The notes beneath the pieces are model-generated. The model had not been told where the DNA came from. It saw nothing but the letters and a program-made list of their open reading frames with translations, and did not search any database. Positions 12,037 through 24,918 of a stretch of DNA of 64,000 nt are shown here, piece after piece. The position numbers and the translations under genes are program-made. Source of the DNA: Carcharhinus longimanus (lineage: Eukaryota); NCBI GenBank assembly GCA_030264375.1, contig JASCQW010000032.1:30241016-30305015 (forward strand), written 5' to 3'. Within the stretch, counting starts at the first letter, position 1. Each line of letters starts with the position of its first letter.

Positions 12037-12367
12037 CGTGTTTTAGAGTCAAGGGTAAAGAAGACACACCCACTTTTTACAGTGCCTGCTGCCGGAGCTA
12101 GCAGTAAGCTTACACATCCGGAGAGCTTTAAAGGTCTTGATGAGGAAAGTAGTTAAGGTAAATGGGTAGGATTGATGGTGGGAGGTGGGGGAGGAGTGCT
12201 TAGTCAGCTCAGGTCTTGGCAAAGTGTTGGGTCAGGCCTTGCAGAGGGCAGTGAATGGTGCAGTTAGAACCTCAGGATAGGACCTTGGGGTTGGGGAGTT
12301 AGGATGGACCAGGCCTTGGTGCGTTGGGGTGTGAGGTATGGGTCGGATTAAACCATGGAGAAGTGTC

Positions 12368-12490
12368 AGGCAACATCCTTCCTGCATCTACCCTGTCTAA
12401 CCCTGTTAGAATTTTATACGTTTCTACGAGATCTGTCTCATTCTTCTGAACTTCAGCAAATATAATCCTAATCAACTCAATCTCTCCAAA
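12368..12490 (-). mobile_element. CR1 ORF2 C-terminal fragment
   Basis: DLVETYKILTGLDRVDAGRM within ORF 12299-12685. Confidence 0.85.
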
Positions 12491-12534
12491 GACACCATTA
12501 TCACCTTTCCAAGAATCAGTTTGGGGAACCCTCT

Positions 12535-12830
12535 CTGCAGACTGATCACATGGAGTGAATTGAAATCTGTGGGGACTTCCAGATGTCTCATCCAGTCGGC
12601 ACTTCCGGCTGAAGATTGCTGCAAACTCTTCAGCCTTGCGCTGAAGTACTGGGCTCCCCCCATCATTGAGGATGGGGATATTCATGGAGCTTCCTCCTCC
12701 AGTGAGTTGTTAAATTGTCCACCACCGTTCACAGCTGGATGTGGCAGGACTGCAGAACTTAGATCTCATCCATTGGTTGTGGATTGTGGAATTGCTTAGT
12801 TCTGTCCATTACTTTGTGTTTGCCACATAA
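12535..12830 (-). mobile_element. CR1/L2-group LINE internal fragment (probably the family at 51165-54870)
   Basis: NIPILNDGG..KAEEFAAIFSRKC matches the EN-RT linker motif KAExFAxxFS. Confidence 0.75.
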
Positions 12831-13127
12831 TTCAGTGACCGTAATTAACCAGGANNNNNNNNNNAACCAGGAATCTGATGAGGGCTCACCACAGATCGAG
12901 CAGCAAACTTGTTTCTCAGACTGACGGGAAAATTGTATAATGGAATGTTATCTCGTTTCAGAGTTAATTTTAATACTTGCAACACCAGATTTTGACGAGC
13001 TGCCAGTGTTAGTACATTAGATGCGGCACATTTTATCATCAGCAGCCTTTCAGTGTCCCTCCTGAAGAAAACTTAATCAAAATTGCACTGAGAGCGATTT
13101 ACGAACAGTGAGAGTAAAGGAAGACTC

Positions 13128-13256
13128 AGGCCGAGGTTTTACAGCCAACTCCTGCCCAGTGGAATATCACAGTACCGAGAAACTGAGTGGAGAATTAAAT
13201 GGGGGAGTGATGAGGAGGGGGGTTGATGCCGCAGCCAGGCTGTATAATCTTGGCCC
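13128..13256. mobile_element. MITE-like element
   Basis: TIRs AGGCCGAGGTTTTACAGCC / GGCTGTATAATCTTGGCCC. Confidence 0.65.
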
Positions 13257-13339
13257 TGCATTTATTTAGCGCCTTTCACAACCTCAGGGCATCTTAAAAG
13301 CTTTTGCAACCAATGAAGTACTTTTAAAGTGTAGACACC

Positions 13340-13444
13340 AGGTGGAATCGTAGCAGGCGGCACAGAAACTTCAGCGCCATGCGAAGGTCCATTGACCTCG
13401 GGTGGGAATTTGTGGCCTTGGGGGAGAGCCGGAAAATCCTACCC
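13340..13444. mobile_element. MITE-like element, 3-bp TSD ACC
   Basis: AGGTGGAAT / AATCCTACCC ends, ACC at 13337-13339 and 13445-13447; removing it restores the DeuSINE sequence. Confidence 0.65.
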
Positions 13445-13585
13445 ACCGTTGTAATATGGGAAACCAATTTACGCACAGACAGGGTCTCACAACCAACAGC
13501 AAGATACTGGCCACTTCATCTATTTTTGTGGTGTTAGTTAAGGGATGAATGGTAACAAGGACATCCCTGCACTTTGCCAAAATAG

Positions 13586-13896
13586 AATCATAAAATCCCT
13601 GCAGGAAGCCATTTGGCCCATTGAGCCTGCACCAACCACAATCCCACCCAGGCCCTATCCTCACACATTTACTCTAACTAGTTCCTCCTGACACCACGGG
13701 GCAATTTAGCATAGTCAATCCACCTAACCCGCGCATCTTTCAGACTGTGGGAGGAAACCAGACCACCCGGAGGAAACCCACGCAGACACGGGGAGAACAT
13801 GCAAACTCCACATAGACGGTGACCCAAGCCGGGAATCAAACCTGGGTCCCTGGTGCTGTGAGGCAGCAGTGCCAACCACTGTGCTACTGTACCACC
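13586..13896 (-). mobile_element. HE1-type SINE with 9-bp TSD CCAAAATAG
   Basis: Full HE1 head, body and tail; CCAAAATAG at 13577-13585 and 13897-13905. Confidence 0.93.
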
Positions 13897-14234
13897 CCAA
13901 AATAGTGCCATGGGATCTAATGTACTGAGAGGGCAGTTAGTGCCTCGTTTTATCCAAATGATACCACCTCCGACCCTAATATTGCCTCAGAATTGCACTA
14001 GAATATGTTACTGTGTCCTCACGGCATCTGGAGTAGGGCTGGGAATCCAATGGCCTCCTGGTTCAAAGGCTACCAATTGAACCAAAGCTAGCATGCAGTG
14101 ACATTACTGTCAGCAAATCGTGTACAGCCTGACATGAAGCAGAAATCTGCTGATGCTGTCCACACTGGTGTACGTGGGAACAATTTCCCAATCATTGTAA
14201 GTGGGGCCACCCTGAATACTGACCACAGGCATTA

Positions 14235-14408
14235 AAAGATGTGTAGATTAGAAGGATTGGCCATACTAAATCGCCCCTTAGTGTGAAGGAGAGACTATCC
14301 AGGGTAAATGCATGGGGTATGGGTATAGGCCCTGGGTGGGATTGCAGATTTGATGGGCTGAATGGCAACCTTCTACACTGTAGGGATTCTATGATCCTGT
14401 GACTCCAT
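14235..14408 (+). mobile_element. 5'-truncated HE1-type SINE
   Basis: GGATTGGCCATACTAAAT..CCTGGGTGGGATTG..GATGGGCTGAATGG..GGGATTCTATGAT matches the 3' half of the other HE1 copies here. Confidence 0.8.
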
Positions 14409-15274
14409 GGAAAATGAGTTTGGATAATTGCTCAAAGGAAGAATGGCCAGATCTTGAGGAGCTGGGGAGGAGCTAATGTCACCATACCCGAGGAAAAGTG
14501 AATGCATTCCTGAGAGGAGGGAGGGAATTGGTGAGGAGAAAGGATCAGAAGTGGGAAGAAAGTTTTATAAATTAGAAAATGTATGCATGTCTTGAAAGCG
14601 CCTGTCCAAAGCCAGCAGGCGGTATGTACAGAGTTAAAACCATCTTTTGTTGTTAGCATGAATTATCTGCTGTTGCCCACATGAATGTTGTATTACAGTA
14701 CTCAGCTAACAGCTCAGGTGACAGTGGAACAAGCATTCACTGTACTGTATAAACTCCTGAAATGTCCACACTGGCTTCACTTGGAGCATTCACAACCAGT
14801 ATCAGACTATTGGAATCTAATTCGTCTGTCTACCAGAGCCTTTCTCTCCCGCTAGGACAGAAGGAGCTATTGTAGTTTCGCTGGAGTTAGTTAACACTGA
14901 CAAAACCCCTTATCTCCTGGAAATGAATCGAAGGGGGCCCTTCATAAACAAGACTCTGTCCACCATTGAATGCAAATTGGGCTGGGGAAAACAAGACAGG
15001 TAGAACCCAATTCTGGGATTCCCACTTCATTCCTATTCTGTGGTATTATTAAGGGTGAAGGGAATCATAAGCCTACACACTGTAATCCCGATCCTCACTC
15101 CATTGTGGGCATGAAGATGTCAGATTCCCCTCAACTTTCATGGAATCGAACAGGTTCTGAAGGAGATATGGTTTTTATCAGCTTAGAGATGTTGTGAATG
15201 ATGGCAGAAGCGGGGGTGGGGGGGTGGGGGAGGAGTTATTCTGCTGTGGGGAACCTTTTGACAGGTACAGTTGA

Positions 15275-15408
15275 CAGGTTAGGTGCATTGATCATGGTAA
15301 ATCTCCCTCAATGCACTTGAACAGGTGGCAACTAGAGGATTTTCATAATAACTTAATTGCAGTGTTGATGCAAGCCTATTTGTGGCAATAATAAATAAAC
15401 TAAAAAAA
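15275..15408 (+). mobile_element. 3' part of the HE1-headed SINE variant with the alternative tail
   Basis: GGTTAGGTGCATTG..GGATTTTCA..TTGCAGTGTTGATGCAAGCCTA..AATAAAC matches 26600-26740. Confidence 0.75.
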
Positions 15409-16639
15409 ATTCACTTAAAAGTTATTGTTAACCTCACATATCATAATGTGATATCACAATTAATGATAAATTAAGTGTGCTTTAATTCAGTAATTCATTA
15501 TCGGGCTTTGTTTAGAAAAAGTAAGTGGCCATTAAATTGACTAGCATTGAGAAAGTGGGAAGTCAGATGCATTAGGTTAATTTATCTAGTGGATATAGTG
15601 CTCTTCTGCATTGAACCGTATTGAGATTCAGATTTTACAGTTTTACATGCATCCTGTACTTTGATCTTCTTGCTGATAGGCAGGTCAGCCATTTGTTCAG
15701 CTTTGAGCAATGCAACAGATGAGCCATCAGTTCCACTGCTTCAAAGGCTTTAATGTATTCTGTTTTGAAGGCTTTTTTGACACTGCTGTGAAATGGAATC
15801 TTGTTATGAATGCTTGACTGAGCTCCCAATCCAAACTCCAAGCTGAATGGGAAATGTTGTTCCAGCTGTCAAGGGGACAGTGATATTTGTTTAGATTGGC
15901 AATTTTATAAGCTTGTAAAATTATTATATATTTTGAAGGAGCTTTTTTTGAATGGACTTTTTTTTATTTTTGCAGTTTTATGACCACTTAATACGATTAA
16001 GGGACTTTTTCAGGTAGAGTGTAAATGTGTTTAATTGATAGCTTTATGAACTCCTAAAAAGGATTAAATATTTTGTGTGGCTTTTGAATAGCTGTTTATA
16101 TTGACAATTTTATGGGCATCATGGAAAGTTAAGGGAGATTGAGGCGGCAAGGGGTATTGGGTGGTGGAAGTATGGAGGGGGCAGGGAAAAATGGGAAGAT
16201 ATTGGGACATAGGACTGTGGAGAGGGGATATGGAAGAATGGGGGTATGGAGGGCAGGGGGATGTGAAGAGTCATTGAGCTACAGAAGTTTGGGGTTGGGT
16301 GGAGGCAAGTGGAAGTGAAGCGAGTAGGAAGTAAGGGAAGCATGGGGATGGGTGGGGATGTGACGGGACACCATCTACTAGGGGCCTAACAATGATGTAG
16401 AGAACCGGTCTGGTATGCCAGCAAACTGAGACAGACTTTCTAATCTGCCTCCTTCAGCTATTTCCAATTTCATTCCCACCTCAGATTTGCTTTGGGAAGT
16501 AGCTGCCCCAAATCCAGTCCAATCCACTACTCCACCACTTCCAGGAGGCAGGATTATGGCAATGGGAAATCTCACCCAAATGGGAAAGTCCAGTCCTATG
16601 ACTAGACCACTGACAGCCCAGATGCCTGTGGTGGATCAA

Positions 16640-17030
16640 AATACTATCCACTTCAAAGCAACTAGCTTATCTGGCACCCATCCACCACCTGAAACATTCA
16701 CCTGTTCCATCACTGATGCACACTGGCAGCCGTTTGTACCATCTACAGAGAACACTGCAGCAACTCACCAGGACTCCTTGGACAGTGCCTTCAAAACTTA
16801 CAGTCTTTACCCCTAGAGGCCAAAGATAGCAGGCACACGGAAACACAATCTGTTTTGATACTATATCATTGCCCTTTCATTGTTGCTGGGTCAAAATCCT
16901 GGAGCTCCCTACCTAACACACAGTGGGTGTACCGACACCACCTGGAGTGCAGCAGATCAAGATGGCCACTCACCACCACCTTCTCCTGAGTAATAAATGC
17001 TAGTCTTGCCAACAATGCTCACATCCCATG
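16640..17030 (+). mobile_element. CR1/L2-group LINE 3' end
   Basis: GGGTCAAAATCCTGGAGCTCCCTACC (KSWxSLP) ..CACCACCACCTTCTC..AATAAATGCT..CACATCCCATG tail, shared with other copies in this window. Confidence 0.85.
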
Positions 17031-17279
17031 TGGAGGGGATCCAGGGAGGTGGGTGAAGTGGTGGAGCTGATGTCATGTCGAAGGTGACCTCATGTCTGTG
17101 GATAGTGCCATGATGGAGCAGTTTGTGGAAAGAAGGCCAAGAATAGATCTTTGGGAAACTCTGGAATTGGTGCAGCCACAGCAATTGCTGAAAATGTTCT
17201 GGCTTTGATCAGATAGGAAATAGTGGAACCAAATGAGAGGATATTAGCAGAGAGGTCACAGTCACAGAGTGTGTAATTT

Positions 17280-20200
17280 ATCACGTTTGCTTCGAGATCT
17301 TTTGGTTCCCTAGCATGGCTGAAGACGAATTGGAGGACAATGATTTAGCGTATATCAAATTGCATTGACTATTCTGCTTCTTTAGTACTGAACAATGTTA
17401 CAACCCCGCTTACAATTGTAGGCACGAGGCCCTTAGCTGCTAAACCGTTTTCACTTTTCCTTCTTTGCAAATATCAAATTATCCGTGAACGATTAACACC
17501 CAATAGGCAACAGGTATCTGTAAGTGAATGACTCCGATATTTCTGCTATTCGCATACATCATTGTTTTGGTGAAATACACATGAACACATTTTCATTTGT
17601 GCTTTTTTGACACCTTTTGAGTCCTAGAGTTAACCTACAACCCTACCGCAGTGGTTTTGGAGGTAGGTACGGGCGGGGAATCATTTCCTTCCTGGACGGA
17701 GAGAGCAAACCAATATAATTTCTGCTCCTGAAGCGGATTTTCAACAAGATTACTGACTAACTGGAAGAATCTTAACGAACATTGAGAAACCAATTCGAGT
17801 TGTGTTTTTCAGTTCACTATTATTACAAAAGCAGGCTCCTGAAGAAAGGTCCTTGACCTTAAACGTTAACTCTGCTTTTCTCTCCATAGGTGCTGCCAGA
17901 CCTGCTGAGTGTTTCCAGCGTTTTCTGTTTTTATTTCACTGTATTGGAGGGAGGCGTTTTCTAGATTTTTAAAATTATGTTTCCGATGACTCGAAATCCT
18001 TATGTTATTGCTCTCTAGACAATCAGGATGTCCTATGATTTTGTTAACGAGTCAACAAATACATTGAGAACCCCATAATAAAGACACCTCTGCACCCATG
18101 GCACTGATTACTTTTAAGATAGTGTGACACTGCCTTAACACACATTCTAACAATGTGAGTCAACATTAGTGACAGTCCTCCAAAATATCGTACACTGACA
18201 GCCTAAACGCAATGATAAACCGTACCATTTCCAAAAGGCCTTTACTGATGAAGCAAGAGTGTTCTCACTCTTCTGGAGTTCGGCGTTGAGAATGCCTGCT
18301 TTCAAGATAAACGGGAAAATTGTAAGTTGCTCAAAGCGGTGGGGGGAGGGGGGGGGGGTGGTGGTGGGAGCTTCCATGTCCTAATTGCAGTTGCACACAG
18401 AGAAGGACTGATAACTGGCAAATGGTGCTTCAGGCATACAACTGAAGTATACCATTTGATGTAAATTCTAACAGGATGATTGCGATATTGGAATCAAAAC
18501 GACGTAATACTTAATTCAGTGCCTTAAAATGATTGCTTGAGCGAATGCCCATCCATCTACACATGGAAAATGTATTAAAATACCAACAATCAGCAACTGC
18601 GAACCCCAATCGCGAGACAAACCTTATCGCAAAATCTGCCCTATGTGATTCCACTGGTAATAAAAGTTCAAATTTTCGGGGTTAGCTGAGCATGTATTTC
18701 TTTTTCATGCTAACTATTAATGAATTATGCAAGTTATCAATGTTGTCTGTTAGATCAATCAGATAGTTGATCACAAAGGGCGTTGTTTTACTTTTGATCC
18801 AGCTAATATGACAACTACATCCTATTACAATATACGCTCCAATCTAATTCTTTCTCCCGTCAAATTATTTCTCCAGTGAATTGGGGATTTAGAAAGTTTT
18901 CTCATGTGTTTTGCGAGCCCACATTACAATATCAGTCACAGTGGGCAGAGATTTGCACAATTATGTTGATTCTTGCTTGTCTCATGTTAAACTTTCAATC
19001 GACCCCTCAATCAGCTCGAGAGTCGTTTGCATCAAATAGCAATATTGGAAATTGCAATCACCGTAAAACCTTCCCAGGTAGGTTGATACAGAAAAGGAAC
19101 AATAGAATTCACACATTGGGCCATTCAGCTACAGGGCTGAGTCAAAGTTTTCTGCTGTATCATAGTGGCGGCGGGCACGAAGTTGCTGCTATTCAATAAT
19201 GACACCGCTGAAATCGGGTGATATTGCGGGACACAGGGGACATTGGTAAGTCAGTAGCTCTCAAATGTGGCAGTTTATTGTTGCTACAAAGTTACTTGTC
19301 CAGTCGCAGCACGTTCCAAATGCTGTTATTGCCCGTTATTTATTGTGCTTCAAGTCAAAACAGACCACAGCAATTTTCTGGCTGTGTAGTTCAAATACAA
19401 CAAGTGAAGAGCATGTATATGCCTAATCTGTATCGTTTTTGAATGTGAAGTGTTTGCTGTACACACAGAAATGGTAAGCAATACTTCGGTTAATTGAAAA
19501 CGCTATTATTTCATTCATAACACACCAACTTATTTGAAGTTCGCATGCTGTCATTTCCACNNNNNNNNNNNNNNNNNNNNNNNNNNNNNNNNNNNNNNNN
19601 NNNNNNNNNNNNNNNNNNNNNNNNNNNNNNNNNNNNNNNNNNNNNNNNNNNNNNNNNNNNACTGAAATATTGATCCAAAAAAAAGATGGCCTCCTCAGAG
19701 ATCCAACATATTTCATAAATATGATCTCTGTGTGATACAACGTGGTCTTGACCATGGGATTAAAATTCCATCTTGATGTTGTGATTTCCTGGACGACTTT
19801 GAAAGAGACGGAAACACCAACATTTAAATACAAGCGTGCAGTGTGCCATCTGGGAAGAAATTTTTGGCTTCTGCATATTCCATTTTAAGAAAGATGAATT
19901 ATGATAAAGTATTGTTTCAGTGTTAAGCTTGACAGTACAGAATTCTACTACCATTCTATCCCTTGTCGGTTTGAAGAGAACAGCTGTACCCCTGAATTTC
20001 AGTATTTGCTGAGCTTTATCGTTATTGCAAATGCAGATTTAGAATTGCGAAAGCTTGTTATGCCTCAGTGGACGCTATCGACATTTAACCAGTACATCAT
20101 GGAGGTCTGCCAGTTTATGCACTGATAGGATCTCAGGTTTTATTTATCTGTTTCAGACGACCAGTCCAATGTTATGTATGTATGTGTCTTTGGGGAAAAG

Positions 20201-23200
20201 TCTGAACATATTCATTGAGTAATGCGATCAATGCAGAAACAAAGTTTAAGTGTTGGAAGTAGCATAATGATGTCAAACACATTTATTAGAGTGAAGTGGT
20301 AATTTCATTTTTAACGTTTAACTGTAGTCAGTGTTCATCAGATTGACCTGAGAGTCTTNNNNNNNNNNNNNNNNNNNNNNNNNNNNNNNNNNNNNNNNNN
20401 NNNNNNNNNNNNNNNNNNNNNNNNNNNNNNNNNNNNNNNNNNNNNNNNNNNNNNNNNNTTTTCCCTGCGATGCAAAATTATGGTAATATGTCTAAACGTG
20501 CTTATTATAATAACGTTCTTCTTAACAGTGATATACTTTATAAGGATAAACATTGGGAAGTTTGTGCACTGTCACATACTGTACTATTAAAAATGACATT
20601 GTTTACTGCACAATCCGTTCATTTAGGTACAGTATAAATAATTTCATGTTTTAGTTTTATAAAGCTATACCAGTTCAATTGTAGTAAATGATTATTATAC
20701 AGCACCAGTTATCCATTTATTTCATTTGGATTTAATGGGATCTGGATTGGTTGGTGCTTTTTTTGAATCCTATAATGCTTTTATCCCAATATTCTAATTG
20801 GGTTCCCTTGTCCTAGGTGTCCCTTTCGCCGTTGTTGAGGCCAACTTCAAAAGATTACTGCCTAGATCATTCAATAATGTGCACGTGAGAAATATGGTTC
20901 ATGATTAACTAATCAACCATCGACACTACACTGAGGTTTTGTAAATGGAAAACGACTGTAAAGGTAATAGGCAGTTATTAAAACCATATTCTGTCATAGT
21001 TGGTGGGTCAAAGGCAGTAATGTCATAATTAACCTCTTAAGTTCCAGTCGCATTATGTATGGCTGGAACATAGGGAAGATCATGGTTTAATATGGATAGA
21101 TTAATAATGTTTTTTTTACTGGCAGTGAATAATTTATGCTCTCCGCCAGGTCCTATTTTATTGATTGGGTTCATGTGCAAATAGCAGGCAGCATTTTTTG
21201 TTTACTCTAGGAATGTCTCTGCTATGAGCTTCATTTAATTATTGCTTATTCTGTTTTAAAACAAATACTTAAATCTACTCGATCAACTTGTTAAATATTC
21301 ACTTTCAGATTAACAAATACAACGTTTAGATTTGTGGTGACTCATTAAGTATGATATTGGCATTGTCTTGACTGTAGCTGTATAGATCAGTGGTTCAGAT
21401 AACCGTAAATTACTTCGTGTTAAATGTAGCTGTGTCTGTTGCATTTGTAAAATCTCGCAAGGTTCAAATATCCGTTGACACATGGAAAGTGCTACGCAGA
21501 CAAATTTAGGATTTTTCATTTGTGAATTAGAGGGATGCTTCATTCCATTCGGTTGTTGGTACTTGGCGAGCTACCTTGTCTTCATAGTATATCGAATCAC
21601 TATTGTCATTCGGGACAACGTATGCGCTACTTAGAGACTTCAAACCTGAGTCAGAATAATGCAACTGGTCCCTATTTTGGTGATATCATTTTGAGATCAC
21701 CAAAGAAGATCCTAATGTGATTCGAAGTCCTTCAGCATTTTACTTTCTTGGAAAGGGAGACGTGAGAAGTAACACTGGAGGAGAATGGACGTTTTCCCCT
21801 TTTGTTACTATTGTTGGAATCAGGCATTCGCATGCCAGGCAGCAGCACCAAGACGCAAAGGAAAGCTCCCCAGTCTGAATTGAGAAGAGCGGCCTCTTCT
21901 GCCTCATTGTGATGTTTTTCCTTTGTTTTGAATAGACGCCGTTATGATAGCTGCATGATGCATGGCTGGTATTTCGAGCTGAATTATGGATTAAAAATAG
22001 ACCTGCATTTATTACAAACTTAGTTAAGGCTTCAAACGCAAGTTAACTGACAGAGGCATCATACGTGTGGGCTGAATTCAATCTCAAGAGCACTCAAAGA
22101 AAATAATGTCCACCATCTGTGTCAGCAAGCGCTGCCAAAGCATATTCCACATATTAATTATTTCCTTAAATTGTATACAATGGCCAGTGTAGACTTGTTG
22201 AGAATTATACACGAAGATCAAAATTGTTTCTGTGTATCTTTTTCTGTTCCAGTAGAAATTGCGATTTTTGGCTGAGGTTTATTATTTACCGGTAACTTTG
22301 CCGACGAAGAACACTCTTTGCGGCGATAAACAAGGGAAATACCGAAGGGTTAATAACTTCAATGGTACTGCAAGATGAAATAATGTCACTAATTTAGTGC
22401 AATGATAGCTGACGAGTAGAACTAACACTTATAGTATTAATTCCAATGGTTGGTCTAATGCTGATCTGCTTCCACTTTCACATTTCATTTATTCAAACCC
22501 GTGCTTCGTCCGTTGAATGGTATACAAAATGATCGAGTTCCAGTTTAAAAGCAGGATTGGATGATTATTACTAAACAAATATATGCCCCGGGAGATATTT
22601 TGTGGTCACGCAGTATTGCTGGATAGTTGACATGTTAACTCTGTTTTTTGAATATTAGTGTTTCCATCAGGATTAAGTATTAATTGATGTAAATGTAGAT
22701 AAAACAAGTTTTAATTTAAAATTATCTGTGATTTGAATGGGACCATTATTTATTCATTGTTGTTAAAACGGTTCTAAGCGATCGAATTGCGATATGAGGC
22801 CACCTATCAATCAACAGTAGAGATGTAGGGTTAATATAGGTCCACGCAGTGATAATGTGCCCTCACATTTCGCAATTAGCAGAATCATTTAGGATTCATT
22901 CAATTTCCTCTCTGACTGTGGGTTACAAAATGGAATATGGGTTTTCACCTCGAACTACATTATTAAGGAGCAGAATTGTAATACTAATATCTGGCATAAA
23001 TATAAAAAAAGTGGTTATATTTACTACTTTGCAATGTTGTGAATTCAGAGGCATGCTAAAGGAACATACATCTTTCTCATTCTGTTTTGGCATTTAACAT
23101 TGCCAAGAAGCCATTTTGTAAACTCGTTAGATGAGAAATCCATTCATTCATGGTCCCTCTGAAGGCAAGTCCTTTGCTCATTATCTGCCAATGAGTCATC

Positions 23201-23400
23201 TCGAGTCAATTACTTGGTAGTTTTTTTTTGGATATACACACGCCACCTCTCCAGCCAACTGGGCTAAGCGGCCCCAACAAGTGAAAAAAAATGCAAATTT
23301 TAAAAATTAGTGTATACACAGAACCAGGAGGCAAACTAGATGTCATTGCTTGAGACAGGTTGGTTGGTTGGTGGTGCTGATTGTTGAGGCAAACATTCTG
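17280..23400. promoter_or_regulatory. Repeat-poor, CpG-retaining AT-rich block (putative non-methylated regulatory domain)
   Basis: 8 CpG in 18481-18660 versus 0 in 33001-33300; almost no transposons; Sox/TCF/TAAT motif clusters. Confidence 0.55.
17833..17938 (+). mobile_element. Penelope terminal repeat with a degenerate hammerhead
   Basis: CTGAAGA-AAGGTC-CTT-GACCTT-AAACGTT-AACTC followed by CCATAGGTGCTGCCAGACCTGCTGAG; homologous to 4933-5000 (minus) and 62060-62163. Confidence 0.8.
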
Positions 23401-24918
23401 AAGAAGTTTGTTCAGATCTAAAATAACATATCTTCTAAGTAAAATAAAACCATAGAAATGATACAGCATAGAAGGGGGCTATTTGACACATCTTGTCCAT
23501 GCCAACACAAAAACACCCAGGTGCCCTTTCTAATCCCATCTTCCTGCACACAACCCATAGCACAGCAACTTACAGCAGATAATGTGCATATCTGGGTACT
23601 TTTGAAGAGTTTAAGGTCTCTGCCTCCTTAACCAACTCAGGCAGTGAATTCCCAGACACTCGCCACCCTCTACATAAAGTTCTTCCTCATGTCCCCTGTA
23701 ATCCTTCTGCCACTTAGCTTGAATTTATCATTCCTGGTGTTTGAACTCAAGGGAAACAGGTTCCTCCCCTCTATTCTATCTCTACCTTCACAATTCTATA
23801 TACCTCAATCATATCACCCTTCAGCCTCTCTGTTCCAAGGAAAACAACCCTAACCTCTCCAATCTCTCCTTGTAGCAACAATTCTCCAGCCCTGGCAGCA
23901 TTCCAGTAAATCTTCTCTGTATTCTCTCTAGGGAAATTACTTCCTGTAATGTGGTGACTAGAACTGCAGACAATATTCAGTTGTGGCCTCACCAGTGTCT
24001 TATACAGTTTCATCATTATATCCATACCTTTTATTCTATACCTCTGCCAATGAAGGACAGCATTTCATGTGCCTTCTTTACAACCTTACCTAATGCATTG
24101 CTATCTTTAGGGACCTGTGCACTTGCACACCAAGATCTCTCACCTACCTCTCTCAGTATATTCTCATTTATTGTTATATTCTTTCAGTAATGTATTTAGA
24201 TTTAACTTCCCTAAATGCATTACCTCACATTTAATAGAGGTGAATTCTATCTGCCACTTTCCTGCCCACTCTACCAACCCATCTATGACATTTTGGAGCT
24301 TACAGCTACCCTCCAAATGGCCANNNNNNNNNNNNNNNNNNNNNNNNNNNNNNNNNNNNNNNNNNNNNNNNNNNNNNNNNNNNNNNNNNNNNNNNNNNNN
24401 NNNNNNNNNNNNNNNNNNNNNNNTACAGCTACCCTCCAAATGGCCAATTTTTGAGTCATCTGCAAATTTCCCAATTGTGCCCCCTCATGTTCAAGTCCAA
24501 ATCATTAATATATAAAACAAACAGCCCTGTGAAACACCACTTGAAACAGCTTTCCATTCGCAAGGGCAGCCATCAGCCATTATCCTTTGTTTCTTGTCAC
24601 TAAGCCAACATTGGATCCAATTCACCATATTACCTGGTATCCCATGGGCTTTTATTTTTTTTGACCAGTCTGCCTTATAGGTTGTCAAATGCCTTACTAA
24701 AATCCATGTCGACAACATCCACTGCATTATCCTTTTTCAAAAAGGGAGCGAGGCAAAAAGTAGGAAACTACAAACAAATTATTTCAACATCTGTTGTTGG
24801 GAAATTGTTAGAATCCATTATCAAGGAAGTAATAATAGGATATTTAGAAAATCAGAGTCAGCATGGTTTTATGAAGGGTAAATCATGTTTGACCAATTTG
24901 CTTGAATTCCTAGAAGAT

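Larger units (their letters stand above)
13257..14090 (-). mobile_element. DeuSINE-like SINE (SacSINE1/AmnSINE1-type) with nested MITE and HE1
   Basis: Tail TGCATTTATTTAGCGCCTTTCA (reverse complement of TGAAAGGCGCTAAATAAATGCA), core AATAGTGCCATGGGATCT, tRNA-like head near 14030-14090. Confidence 0.75.

Noticed and set aside
21239-21255. miR-137-like TTATTGCTTA
   Set aside because: Only 10 nt match and there is no precursor hairpin
24301-24446. 23-nt direct repeat TACAGCTACCCTCCAAATGGCCA
   Set aside because: It flanks a 100-N gap exactly, indicating unmerged contig overlap
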